A stretch of 64,000 nucleotides of DNA from the NCBI GenBank assembly GCA_963837955.1, contig CAWIPH010000002.1, forward strand, positions 320,001 through 384,000. The letters are read 5' to 3'. Shown one piece after another: positions 1 to 9,485 of the stretch. The DNA is from an uncultured Verrucomicrobiae bacterium (GTDB lineage: Bacteria; Verrucomicrobiota; Verrucomicrobiia; Chthoniobacterales; JAFAMB01). Position 1 is the first letter of the stretch, and every line of letters starts with the position of its first letter. A program made the position numbers and the translations under genes. The notes below the pieces were generated by a model that saw nothing but the letters and a program-made list of their open reading frames with translations, ran no database searches and was not told the origin of the DNA.

Positions 1-557
1 TCGGGGTCGGTCCCGCTGAATTTGTGGTAGAACGTCTAAGGAATTTGCGCAACAAGACTCAAACGCTCGTGGTTTGTGGTCACAGTGTCGAGACGAGAGA
101 ACGAGTCTTGCGCTTAGTCGGCGGGGATCCGGAAGCGTTTAAAGTATTCGGCTACACCGATCGCATGTCCGACCTCATGAAGATCTCTGACCTCTTCATT
201 GGAAAACCGGGCGGTTTGACCAGCGCAGAAGCATTGACCTGCGGCCTACCAATGGTGATTGTCAGCCCTATTCCGGGACAAGAAGAGAGAAATTGTGATC
301 ACCTCTTGGAAGATGGTGTCGCTGTAAAATGCAATGAAATGACGACCATCCCGTACAAAATCGACACTTTGTTGGATGATCCTGATCGCCTCGAGCAAAT
401 GCGGAGACGCGCTTTTGCTTTAAGTCGTCCGGACGCTGCTCGTTGTATAGCTGAGACATTGGTCGGTGATCGACTGCCTCCCCTGGAAGTCACCGATGAT
501 GACGCCGAAGCGATCATTTTGGCGGCTGCGCGTGAAAAGGACAACAAGCTTCGGTAG
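1..557 (+). CDS. MGDG synthase/UgtP-like glycosyltransferase (GT28 C-terminal domain), 5' truncated by window edge
   Basis: Motif GYTDRMSDLMKISDLFIGKPGGLTSAEAL...PIPGQEERN, typical of GT28_C. Confidence 0.85.
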   Translation, partial: GVGPAEFVVERLRNLRNKTQTLVVCGHSVETRERVLRLVGGDPEAFKVFGYTDRMSDLMKISDLFIGKPGGLTSAEALTCGLPMVIVSPIPGQEERNCDHLLEDGVAVKCNEMTTIPYKIDTLLDDPDRLEQMRRRAFALSRPDAARCIAETLVGDRLPPLEVTDDDAEAIILAAAREKDNKLR

Positions 558-559
558 CT

Positions 560-2089
560 ATGGAAGAATTCCTGTGGGGCGTCGCTACGTCCGCTTACCA
601 ATCGGAAGGAGGGTTTAATGGCGCGGGTCAGCCCCAAACAAACTGGGCCGACGCGGAGCGTCGAAATGATGTCGTACCCCTGGGATTGGCGGCGGATTTC
701 TGGAACCGCTATCCGGAGGATTTCGACCGGGCGGAAAAGATGGGCCTTAACGCTTTCCGGCTCGGAATCGAATGGAGCCGGGTCCAGCCTACTTATGTAG
801 ATCAACCTGGGTCACCGCCAGCGTTCGACGAGGACGCGCTTGACCGATACGCCGAGATGTTAGCGGAGTGTCGTCGTCATGGGATGGAACCGGTTGTTAC
901 CCTGCATCATTTTGTTCACCCAGCTTGGCTCGGAGCTGATCCCTGGTTGGAGCCAGGAATGGTTGAGCACTTTTGCCGGTACGTGGAGAAGGTCGTCTTA
1001 CACCTCAATCGTGCGCTCATCGATCGCCATGGGGTGGAACCCATTCGCTACTACATCACCGTAAACGAGCCGAATATGCTCGTCCTCAACACCTATTTTG
1101 GTACCCAGTTTCCGGGCCGAAAAAATCATAGGGCCGGCTTGCACAGTGTTGCGGAAGGTTGCCGCCAGATCCTCAGAGCTCATGTGAAGGCCTACAACTT
1201 GATCCATGATCTGGCTGATCGGGAGGGCTGGGGATGGCCGATGGTGAGTTTTAATAACTATTGCAGTGATTTGTATTGGTCGGACAAAATCTGGCTCGAT
1301 CTGATTTCGGTTCGAGAACGAGGCGTGAAATCATCGGAGTTACGCGATTATGTCTACGCCAAGATACACGAGTTCGAAACCGCCTTTGCCAAAGCGCGGA
1401 TACCATTGCACAAAGATATTCCTTATTTTTTTGGCGACTTCACGAAGCGAATCAGCAATTGGATTGGTTATAAGACGTTTGACGCAGAATTCTTCGCAAC
1501 CCTGGCCGACGAGATTTACGCGGTGGAGAGACCATCAACTTTTGATTTCTTGGGTCTCGATTATTACGATCCATTTGCGGCACACATCTTTCGTCTACCC
1601 GTTTGGTGGGATCACGAATTTAAAAATAAGTCGCTCCGGGCGTGGTTGATGAGCAACATCACCAGCAAGTGGTGGGATTGGCGTGTTTTGCCAGCCGGTC
1701 TGCGATTTTTTTGCGAGTATTACAGCAAAGATTACGGAGATCGGCCGGTTCTTATCGCAGAGAATGGGATGGCTCTACGACGCCGCACCGACAATCGCGG
1801 AACGCTACGTCGCGATAAAATGACTCGCAGCGAGTTCCTGCGGGTTCACGTTGCCGAAGTAACGCGAATCGCTCAAAGCAAGGTCCCGCTGCTCGGGTAT
1901 CTGCACTGGTCATTATTCGATAATTACGAATGGGGCTCATTCACCCCGCGGTTCGGCCTCTTTTCCCTCGACTACCAAAAAGGAACGGACCGTTTAGAAA
2001 CGGATCATCTTGGCGATCGCCCGTCGATTACTTATGCGCAGCTGGTAGAAACGGCTCGGGATCAGCTTTCCAGTCAGCCCGGCGCTTGA
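560..2089 (+). CDS. Glycoside hydrolase family 1 (beta-glycosidase)
   Basis: FLWGVATSAYQSEG N-terminus, acid/base TVNEP, nucleophile IAENG, DNYEWGS.PRFGL. Confidence 0.93.
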   Translation: MEEFLWGVATSAYQSEGGFNGAGQPQTNWADAERRNDVVPLGLAADFWNRYPEDFDRAEKMGLNAFRLGIEWSRVQPTYVDQPGSPPAFDEDALDRYAEMLAECRRHGMEPVVTLHHFVHPAWLGADPWLEPGMVEHFCRYVEKVVLHLNRALIDRHGVEPIRYYITVNEPNMLVLNTYFGTQFPGRKNHRAGLHSVAEGCRQILRAHVKAYNLIHDLADREGWGWPMVSFNNYCSDLYWSDKIWLDLISVRERGVKSSELRDYVYAKIHEFETAFAKARIPLHKDIPYFFGDFTKRISNWIGYKTFDAEFFATLADEIYAVERPSTFDFLGLDYYDPFAAHIFRLPVWWDHEFKNKSLRAWLMSNITSKWWDWRVLPAGLRFFCEYYSKDYGDRPVLIAENGMALRRRTDNRGTLRRDKMTRSEFLRVHVAEVTRIAQSKVPLLGYLHWSLFDNYEWGSFTPRFGLFSLDYQKGTDRLETDHLGDRPSITYAQLVETARDQLSSQPGA

Positions 2090-2224
2090 TTTCTTTCCGA
2101 GTCTGGATTCATAGGGGTCCGCCTCGGGCTCCCTGAATCTCGGCTTCGGCTCCTGAGGCAAGACGATTCGTTCTGTGAGGGGATTTCTTGCGCTCTTTCA
2201 GAGCGGCCGCGTTTTTTTGGGCTA

Positions 2225-2279
2225 CCCGGGGTTGCGCAAAGCCTCCACCCCGGGCTGAGTCCTCTAACGCCTTCGGCGT
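2225..2279. repeat. REP-like palindromic unit
   Basis: CCCGGGGT-N14-ACCCCGGG stem (2225-2254), then ACGCC-TTC-GGCGT hairpin, between convergent genes. Confidence 0.55.
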
Positions 2280-2291
2280 ACGTCCTCACAA

Positions 2292-3119
2292 TCAGCTTAT
2301 ACCGAATTCTTTTATTCGTTTTCCGAGAACGAAGTTCTTCTGACAACGCTCTATTTTTCGAATCTCGAAGCTCTTATCTTTCAGCAGCACTGCGAAAGCG
2401 CCGAAATTTAAGACAAAGCTTCCGGTGTTGATGATCACGCGCCCATCATGGCTCCAGCAACCCGGATAGTGGGTATGACCAATCAGAAGAAAGCGTGCCT
2501 CTGGTCGGAAAGCCTGCAGTAGCTTAGCCCCAAGCTTCGGCGTATCCCACCAGGCGCGCAGAATCATAAATGGACGATAGGGTGGCCAGAGTTGTCGCGC
2601 GATCAGACCAAGTTTGGGCAACCTGTCTCGAGTCGTTGGTTCCTCCAGCAATTGTAACTTCAGGGATGTCCTTTTTGTGGCTAGAAGGCGTTTCTCGAAA
2701 TTGAGTAGCGCGTCCGGCCCGAGCTGTTCCAGCGCACGGAGATGTACTTTGCGATAAGCGTAAGCTTGGCGACTCCAAGGCGCGATACCAAGGAAAAGCA
2801 TATCGCCATGGGTAACTAGGATCTGACCTTCCGCCAAATCGAGATGATCGATTTGGGAAATCACCGGGTCGTGGTTGCCGTTGATGAATATCGTTTTAGC
2901 ACCCGCCGCATGAGAGACTCTGGCCAGATGGGCGGCCAGTCCACGACCCAGTGGCCGATCGATTTGATGCCGCAACTCCGCGGTATCACCGTTTAATACG
3001 ATGGTCTTCGCTTCGCGAAATATCGGGGCCAGCTGTTCGGGATCCCGGACAAGTGAAGCGCGGTGGCCGAGGTGGAGATCGGAGAGAATGAGCGTCGGAT
3101 GGGCAGGCGTGAGATTCAT
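2292..3119 (-). CDS. Calcineurin-like metallophosphoesterase
   Basis: SDLHLG, NGD, GNHD, THGD, GHTH motifs. Confidence 0.88.
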   Translation of the reverse strand: MNLTPAHPTLILSDLHLGHRASLVRDPEQLAPIFREAKTIVLNGDTAELRHQIDRPLGRGLAAHLARVSHAAGAKTIFINGNHDPVISQIDHLDLAEGQILVTHGDMLFLGIAPWSRQAYAYRKVHLRALEQLGPDALLNFEKRLLATKRTSLKLQLLEEPTTRDRLPKLGLIARQLWPPYRPFMILRAWWDTPKLGAKLLQAFRPEARFLLIGHTHYPGCWSHDGRVIINTGSFVLNFGAFAVLLKDKSFEIRKIERCQKNFVLGKRIKEFGIS

Positions 3120-3544
3120 CCGGTTTCTCCGATGATGCTCAGGCTCAACGTGCGTTGCGTCGGGTCACGCCGATGTTCATACACGAATAGACCTTGCCAG
3201 GTACCGAGCTGAAGTCTGCCGTCCGCAATCGGAATACTTTCAGAGGATCTCGTTAATGCCATCCGAATATGACTCGCCATGTCGTCCGGTCCTTCCAGGG
3301 TGTGCGTAAAGTAGGCAGCATTTTCTGGTACAAGTCGCTGCAAGAAACGTTCGAGATCGGCTCGAGCACTCGGGTCAGCATTCTCAAACATTATGAGGCT
3401 GGCGCTGGTGTGTTGAATGAGAATGTTTGCCACCCCGACCTTGACCCGGCTCTTTACCACAAATCGATTGATTTGATCAGTGATTTCGTAGGTGCCGATT
3501 CCGTGCGTCGGAATTGAAAATCGGTAACTAAACGCTGTCAGCAT
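3116..3544 (-). CDS. yjbQ: YjbQ/UPF0047 family protein
   Basis: HTSASL.ENADP, H..EGPDDM.SH, LGTWQG..YEHR. Confidence 0.9.
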   Translation of the reverse strand: MLTAFSYRFSIPTHGIGTYEITDQINRFVVKSRVKVGVANILIQHTSASLIMFENADPSARADLERFLQRLVPENAAYFTHTLEGPDDMASHIRMALTRSSESIPIADGRLQLGTWQGLFVYEHRRDPTQRTLSLSIIGETG

Positions 3545-4667
3545 AGAGCTGGTTAACCAATCGCAACGATTTGTGATTCGGCAGAAGACCTGGTTCCATT
3601 TGGTTCATGACATAGGCAAACGCTAGCTTCCGAGCCGGGTCGGCGAAGGCGTGGCTGCCGCCTGCGCCCGGCTGTCCAAATGCAGTCTCTGAAGGGCCAA
3701 ATATCGTCCGCAGTTTCTGGCCGTCCGGTGAGACTGGATCCTTCATGAAACCAGATCCAAAAGCCGTGGGAATTAGCAGAACTCGATCATGGCCGGAGAC
3801 CACCGTTTTTGCGAGGGTCGAAAGCATCTCTGGGCTCAGAAAACTCGGTTCACAGAAAACGTTATAATAAAAACGAGCTAACGACTCGGCAGTGCCGATG
3901 CCGCCGAGGGACGGTAGTGGATGCATCCGGATCTCCGGTGCGTTGAAGGCGGAGGGAATGATTGGACCGGCCGGGGTGGAGAAAGCTAGCCGCGTCAAAG
4001 AATTTTTATCCGCCAGGGCCTGATAAAACGGATCCTCGTATGAGGACTCCCGCTTCTGTCTCGGCGTTTGGATAGGAGCCACCTCATCGACGAATTTCGA
4101 AGGAATGCCAATCCACAGATCGAGATCAAGCGGGTCCCCAAATGCTTGCCGAAAATATTCTGCAACCGTGACACCTGAGGAGATGCGACGCAAAAGCTCA
4201 TCAATGAGAAAACCGTAAGTACGAGGATGATAGCCGTGAGCGTCGCCAGGTTTCCAAAATGGCTGTTGAGCCGCGAGCGCTTGGACCACCGCCCCATGGT
4301 CCAGTATCTGAATTTCCGTGTCGCGCAGGGCCGGCTGGCCGGATCGATGTGAAAGGACCTCGTTCAGCGTCGTATCTTCTTTGCCGTTCACGCCATACTC
4401 CGGCCAGAAATCCTTCACTCGCCGTCCCAGAGCAATTTTCGAATGATCGCAACAGTGGAGAAGACAAGCTGAAGCCAGCGCTTTCGTCGCGGACCAGATC
4501 AATACTCGTGTTTCAGTGGTCCATCGCCTGGTCTGAGTTCGATCGAAGAAACCGTCACCGATATTTAGAACTGAGCGGCCTTCCTGGACGATGCAAACAG
4601 AGGCACCGAGTTCTCCGTACTTGCTGAAATTTTCTTCGAAAAGATCGATTAACCCGGAGAGATCCAC
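3528..4667 (-). CDS. Beta-lactamase-family serine hydrolase/esterase
   Basis: SxxK (SATK), LSHRSG, GYHPRTYG, FGQPGAGGS. Confidence 0.9.
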   Translation of the reverse strand: MDLSGLIDLFEENFSKYGELGASVCIVQEGRSVLNIGDGFFDRTQTRRWTTETRVLIWSATKALASACLLHCCDHSKIALGRRVKDFWPEYGVNGKEDTTLNEVLSHRSGQPALRDTEIQILDHGAVVQALAAQQPFWKPGDAHGYHPRTYGFLIDELLRRISSGVTVAEYFRQAFGDPLDLDLWIGIPSKFVDEVAPIQTPRQKRESSYEDPFYQALADKNSLTRLAFSTPAGPIIPSAFNAPEIRMHPLPSLGGIGTAESLARFYYNVFCEPSFLSPEMLSTLAKTVVSGHDRVLLIPTAFGSGFMKDPVSPDGQKLRTIFGPSETAFGQPGAGGSHAFADPARKLAFAYVMNQMEPGLLPNHKSLRLVNQLYADSV

Positions 4668-4779
4668 TTGGTGAGAGGTTGGGAGTTGGAGAAATGGAGT
4701 AATGGAATGGTTCAGTTCGCTCGTTCTTTGCTATTTGGAAATGGCCTGATGACTCCGGATGCCCGTATCTGTATACGGT

Positions 4780-5247
4780 TTATAATTCCTCACGGATCGG
4801 CCCGAGGTCGGGATCCTGTTGGGCAATGTCTCGGAACGTTTTGTTTAATCGAAAACTCGCCCGCAGGTAAGCTTTGGCTTGGTCCAAGTTTCCCAGGACC
4901 GCTTCATAACAGCCTAAATTGTAATAGTAAATTGGCTCATCGAGGAGTGAAGGTGGTCCGCCCAGCAGTTTCTCTTTCGCTTTCGCTGTCTGACCAAACT
5001 CATGCAAACAGAAGGCGGCATGGATAAAACCATAACTCTCGCCCGGAAACAGTTCGCACATCCGCAGGCTCAGCTCCAAAGCGCTCTTCCAGTCGCGAAT
5101 CTGCAGCACAATCTGGATCCGCATTCGGAGCGCTTCCGGACGGTCTTGGTCCTCCGGTGGAATTTCGTTGAGATGAGCCAGTGCCTCCGCGGGCATTCCC
5201 AGTTCCACGTAACCCTCTGCCGCGCGAATCTGCTGTTCAAACGTCAT
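4780..5247 (-). CDS. Short TPR protein
   Basis: AEGYVELGM..EAL and YYNLGCYEA..G..DQA, ending DPDL. Confidence 0.8.
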   Translation of the reverse strand: MTFEQQIRAAEGYVELGMPAEALAHLNEIPPEDQDRPEALRMRIQIVLQIRDWKSALELSLRMCELFPGESYGFIHAAFCLHEFGQTAKAKEKLLGGPPSLLDEPIYYYNLGCYEAVLGNLDQAKAYLRASFRLNKTFRDIAQQDPDLGPIREEL

Positions 5248-5693
5248 GGCCTAGCAGCCGCTTCGGGATGGTCGATAAGATAGATGCGATGAACGTGCCG
5301 TCCTCCTTCGAACGGGGTCTCCAACCAGACACTGACAATTTGTAACGCTTCTTCTTCGGTGATTGTTCTTTGGCCCAATGAAAGGACATTCCCGTCGTTG
5401 TGAGCTCGATTCCATTTCGCGAGCTGCTCGTTCCAGCAGAGACCGCAACGGACCCCCACGACCCGGTTAGCAGTGATTGCTTCGCCATTCCCGGAACCGC
5501 CGAGCACAATTCCTCGCTCCACTTCACCACGAGCAACCGCCTCTGCGACCGGTCGGATGAACAGCGGGTAATCACACGGCTCTTCAGAATCGGTTCCGAA
5601 ATCAATAATTTCGTGTCCCGCCGCTTTCAGCGTTTCTTTGATTATCTCTTTATACCGAAAGCCGGCATGGTCAGAGCCAATCGCAATTTTCAT
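5244..5693 (-). CDS. rpiB: Ribose-5-phosphate isomerase B
   Basis: IAIGSDHAG, GGSGNG, HND.N, FEGGRH. Confidence 0.95.
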   Translation of the reverse strand: MKIAIGSDHAGFRYKEIIKETLKAAGHEIIDFGTDSEEPCDYPLFIRPVAEAVARGEVERGIVLGGSGNGEAITANRVVGVRCGLCWNEQLAKWNRAHNDGNVLSLGQRTITEEEALQIVSVWLETPFEGGRHVHRIYLIDHPEAAARP

Positions 5694-6037
5694 CCCACCA
5701 CATCTCGGCGGATCGACGCCTGCAATCAACGAAATTTGTTGGCAGTTTGTTGTAGCCGGCAGTGGTGAGAATCAAATTCTTAAGCGCGTCCGGTGCGCAA
5801 CCCTTGCTGCGATCCTTATCAAGCGGCGTGCCCGAAAAGGTCGTTCGCACCCCCTTCATTGCAGCAGCCGGATCGTCTACTGAACGATAGCGGCGGTCGC
5901 GTTTGATCACCGAACGCAGGTTCTTCTCACCGAGATGGAGAATCTCGTCGAACTTCGGTGCCACCAGCCTTCCATTGGACTGGCATCAATCCCCGCCGCG
6001 GCTGTTTTCTGGCTTTCCAAGTCTATCCCTTTGACCT

Positions 6038-7075
6038 TCATCGGCTGTGCTCTAACTCTCTCGGAGTTATCGGCAACTCGATGATCTCAGTGCGCCGGAT
6101 GACCGTGAGGGTCGAGCGTTTACCGATCTCGTTGCCAACGAGCAAACGATGAAGATCATCAATCGATACAATCGGAGAGCCCTTAAAAGCTATGATGATG
6201 TCGCCGACGGTGACTCCGGCCGTATCAGCCGGGCCGCCCGAGTCGACCCCGGCTACCAGAACGCCGCGAGATTGTTCCAGACGATGAGCACGAACGAGCC
6301 GGGCATGAATGGGAACATTTTGGCCAGCAATCGCCAGAAAACTTCGTCTGATCTTTCCTTCCTTGATTAGCCAGGCAGCCACGAAATGAGCGGTGTTTGC
6401 AGCGATAGCAAAACAGAGCCCCTGGGCAGGAAGAATCACCGCTGTGTTCACGCCGATTACCGCCCCGGTCGAATCCACTAAAGGACCTCCTGAGTTGCCC
6501 GGATTGAGGGCGGCATCGGTTTGCAGAATATCGTCCATTAATCGACCTGATTCTGCCCGCATCGATCGGCCCAGAGCGCTCACGATTCCGGCCGTTACGG
6601 TTTGTTGAAATCCGAAGGGACTACCAATGGCGATTGCTATCTGTCCAACCCGCAGCTTCTTGGAGTCGGCAAAAGAAAGAAACGAAATTGGACTTGTACC
6701 TGTCCCTATCCGAACCACAGCGAGATCAGTTTCGGGGTCCTCACCCACCAATTGACCCGACGCGGTGGTGCCATCGGCCAAAGTCACTTCGATCGAGCGC
6801 GCCTCCCTCACCACGTGACTATTAGTCAAAATGAATCCGTCCGGCGTAATGGCAAATCCGCTGCCGCCTTGTTGAGATGCCCTGCGGTGTCCGTTTTCGA
6901 TCCGCAGATTGACCACGGCCGGCGAGACTCGTTCCACCACAGAACTCACCGTTTGGGAATACGTATCAAGCAGGGTCTCGTCCGGACCACTAATCGGGGG
7001 TCGCAACGAGGGTTGATCAGAATTGGGACGTTCCGAGAAAACTCGATTCCAGATTGGTTCAAATTCAGCAAGCAT
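6038..7075 (-). CDS. HtrA/trypsin-like serine protease with one PDZ domain
   Basis: TNSHVV, DLAV, TDAALNPGNSGGPL, C-terminal PDZ. Confidence 0.93.
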   Translation of the reverse strand: MLAEFEPIWNRVFSERPNSDQPSLRPPISGPDETLLDTYSQTVSSVVERVSPAVVNLRIENGHRRASQQGGSGFAITPDGFILTNSHVVREARSIEVTLADGTTASGQLVGEDPETDLAVVRIGTGTSPISFLSFADSKKLRVGQIAIAIGSPFGFQQTVTAGIVSALGRSMRAESGRLMDDILQTDAALNPGNSGGPLVDSTGAVIGVNTAVILPAQGLCFAIAANTAHFVAAWLIKEGKIRRSFLAIAGQNVPIHARLVRAHRLEQSRGVLVAGVDSGGPADTAGVTVGDIIIAFKGSPIVSIDDLHRLLVGNEIGKRSTLTVIRRTEIIELPITPRELEHSR

Positions 7076-7102
7076 ACGATCTGGTTGTTAAATAAAGCAT
7101 TA

Positions 7103-7121
7103 TGTAACTGTGTTTGTTACA
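7103..7121. promoter_or_regulatory. Putative Rrf2 operator upstream of the protease gene
   Basis: Palindrome TGTAAC-N7-GTTACA. Confidence 0.65.
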
Positions 7122-7219
7122 AAGCAACCGAATCTTTAAATCCCCTGTGCCACCAGGAGATGGAGCGAGCCGGGAAGGATGATTTTGGAAACGTTGGCCG
7201 AGCGTGTTCCGGAAAGCGG

Positions 7220-7636
7220 CTACGCCCGCATTAAACGATGCACGATATCCTGCAAAGTAATCTTGCGTAACTCCTGGGTGTAAGAACGGGTCGCTCGTCG
7301 GTGAATATACCCCATCACGTCCTCGATCCGGCGACCGACCGGGCAGTGACGGGATGGTTGATTAGGGTGCATCCCAAAGAGTTCCTGCGGATCGACGGCA
7401 GCTTGTATCTGGAGGAGCGTAATTCGTTCCGGGCTCCGAGAGAGCACCGCACCGCCTTGGGGACCCCGTCGAGTCTTGACCAAGCCGGCGTTATGTAACT
7501 CCAGCAGCAAACGGCGAATGACTACCGGATTGGTGTTCACTGTCTCCGCCAGACGAGAGGAGGGACAGCATCCCTCGTGTTCAATGGCTAGAACCGCCAT
7601 AACATGGACCGCAAACGAAAACCGGCAACTTTTCAT
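7220..7636 (-). CDS. Rrf2-family transcriptional regulator (YwnA/HypR-like)
   Basis: RFSFAVH, SSRLAETVNTNPVVIRR, G.QGG, CPVG. Confidence 0.92.
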   Translation of the reverse strand: MKSCRFSFAVHVMAVLAIEHEGCCPSSRLAETVNTNPVVIRRLLLELHNAGLVKTRRGPQGGAVLSRSPERITLLQIQAAVDPQELFGMHPNQPSRHCPVGRRIEDVMGYIHRRATRSYTQELRKITLQDIVHRLMRA

Positions 7637-7646
7637 GAATGCTAAA

Positions 7647-7665
7647 TGTAACTTAACAAATTACG
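7647..7665. promoter_or_regulatory. Putative Rrf2 autoregulatory operator
   Basis: TGTAAC-N7-ATTACG, 11 nt upstream of the Rrf2 start. Confidence 0.6.
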
Positions 7666-7737
7666 TTCAAGAAGCCAGCGAGAATACAGCCCGAGTTCCC
7701 TACAGCCAGCACCACTACGAATTTCGAAATCCCGTCT

Positions 7738-9168
7738 TCAATCCCCTCGCGGAGCTTCCTTATCGGGTCGTTTGCGAGGTACGTGATGCGACGGGCTCTT
7801 TAAGGGAGAAGGGGAGCTTGACGCCGACGCGGTCGGACTCGGCGAAGGACTGGGCGTTTCGGAAGAAGAAGGAGAAGGAGAAGGCGACGGCGGGCTGAGG
7901 CTGGGCGACGAAGAGGGGGAAGGAGTCGGTGTCGCGAACATGTCTGGCCACTGCCAAAGTTCTCCCGAGTAACCGCCAATCTCGTTTAGGAGTTCTGCGC
8001 AACGGTCATGCATTTTGGTAAGATCAGGAGGCCCTGGTTGGCTCTCAGCAGTTCCCGGAAACACGAGGTATGTAATGTTGAGATCGCTGAAGGGCCGGTT
8101 GTACGCATTCGCCTTGGGATCGATCTGGCTGGCCAAGCGTAGAGACGCTTCCCCTACCTTATAAGAAGGCCCGGCATCTCCGACGATCGCCGGATACAGT
8201 TTCCCACCATGGATGACGACGGCGTAGTCACCGAACTTCGGTAAGAACCGATGGTTCGCTTGGCGCAACATAAACCCAGGCAATACGACGAACGGGTCCG
8301 CCTTCGAAATAAGGAAACTGTATTTCTTGAGATCGGAAATCTCCCGATTGAGTTCGTCAATCTGCTCTTTGAGCACTTTCTTCCGCTCGATGGCGGTGTT
8401 TTTCTGATCAAACTCCGTTTGAGCTTGCTTCAACTTCTGCTCGCGCTCCGCCACAAATTGATTTGGCTTATCTGAGCGTTTCGGCCAGCGATAACTGGTA
8501 TAAGGTTGAAAGTTGGCCGATGAGCCATCGACGTCTGCCGAGCGATCCGCGTCCGAGCCGTCGGCGTTTACATCCATGTCGCTTTGGATGAGCAACGCTT
8601 TCCGCGATGTCTTCGGATCGGTCAGTTCCAGGATTGTGTTACAATCATAGAAATTGTGCCGCGAAAGCAATTGATCAAGGCGGCTCAATGTTCGGTTCAG
8701 AGAGTCCACCTTCAGCTGATACAAAGCATAGTAGAAATCGGAAACTTTGCTTTCCGCTAACAAAGAGATTAGTCCGGGCAACAGCGCGGGAAGTTGGCCG
8801 TCCGGTTGAGCCAGCTGATCGATCGTTTGAGCAGCCTGGGGCACGCGGACTCGTACATCGAGATCAAGGACATAGGATTCCGGCGCTTTCCGTTCGACCC
8901 AAGCTGGCGCTCCGGAATCCGTATCGACTTTGGAATGGATTTCTATTCCGTTGAACAGCTTCGAGACCTCCTTATGAGAGTACGGAACGTAAGTCTCTGG
9001 CAATGGCGTTGGGGTAGGCGTCGGCGTTGGCGGAGGGGTGGGAGAGGGCGAGGGGGTGGGAGTCTCCGGGTTGACGTTAGAAAAACGGGGACCTGGACAT
9101 CCCACGAAAAAAAGGGCTGCCAAAGAAAGAACGAGTCTGATCTGAGTGCGCGGCCGGCTGGGTCGCAT
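7738..9168 (-). CDS. GH75 (chitosanase-like) lipoprotein with Pro/Ser/Thr linkers
   Basis: Lipobox FFVGC; DMDVNADGS, PFVVLP, GDYAVV, AIVGDAGP, GEASLRLA. Confidence 0.75.
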   Translation of the reverse strand: MRPSRPRTQIRLVLSLAALFFVGCPGPRFSNVNPETPTPSPSPTPPPTPTPTPTPLPETYVPYSHKEVSKLFNGIEIHSKVDTDSGAPAWVERKAPESYVLDLDVRVRVPQAAQTIDQLAQPDGQLPALLPGLISLLAESKVSDFYYALYQLKVDSLNRTLSRLDQLLSRHNFYDCNTILELTDPKTSRKALLIQSDMDVNADGSDADRSADVDGSSANFQPYTSYRWPKRSDKPNQFVAEREQKLKQAQTEFDQKNTAIERKKVLKEQIDELNREISDLKKYSFLISKADPFVVLPGFMLRQANHRFLPKFGDYAVVIHGGKLYPAIVGDAGPSYKVGEASLRLASQIDPKANAYNRPFSDLNITYLVFPGTAESQPGPPDLTKMHDRCAELLNEIGGYSGELWQWPDMFATPTPSPSSSPSLSPPSPSPSPSSSETPSPSPSPTASASSSPSPLKSPSHHVPRKRPDKEAPRGD

Positions 9169-9178
9169 GGGCCATCAA

Positions 9179-9484
9179 TTACCTGAACCAATGCACCGCG
9201 GTCAAAACTAGACAGATCACGCTGAGCAAAATCATTGGAATTGCCGGCATTGCTTTGCGTTTGCGAAGGTAGGACGGTCCGAAGTAGGCGAGTAGAAGCA
9301 GAGAGACGATCAAGGCCAACCAATGCGCAGCGCTACTTGGTCCAATCAATCCCGCGAGAATCAATAACCCGCCCGAAATGCCTCCGGCGACGATCGAGGC
9401 GATGCTTTTGGAGCGGGCATACCCGAGCGCTCCCCCTACGATCGAGACGATGCCAAAGAAAATGTAATAGTATTGAGTTAGCAT
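9179..9484 (-). CDS. TMEM14-family small membrane protein
   Basis: GGALGYARSKSIASIVAGG, K.MPA, four hydrophobic segments. Confidence 0.8.
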   Translation of the reverse strand: MLTQYYYIFFGIVSIVGGALGYARSKSIASIVAGGISGGLLILAGLIGPSSAAHWLALIVSLLLLAYFGPSYLRKRKAMPAIPMILLSVICLVLTAVHWFR

Positions 9485-9485
9485 C

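Noticed and set aside
4680..4712. TGGAGTAATGG-type short repeat (also near 22624)
   Set aside because: Too short and degenerate to call as an element
5671..5964. 97-aa ORF between rpiB and the protease
   Set aside because: No convincing start or motif; overlaps rpiB
7103..7121. GlnR/TnrA or NtcA nitrogen box
   Set aside because: Half-site spacing does not fit TGTNA-N7-TNACA or GTA-N8-TAC
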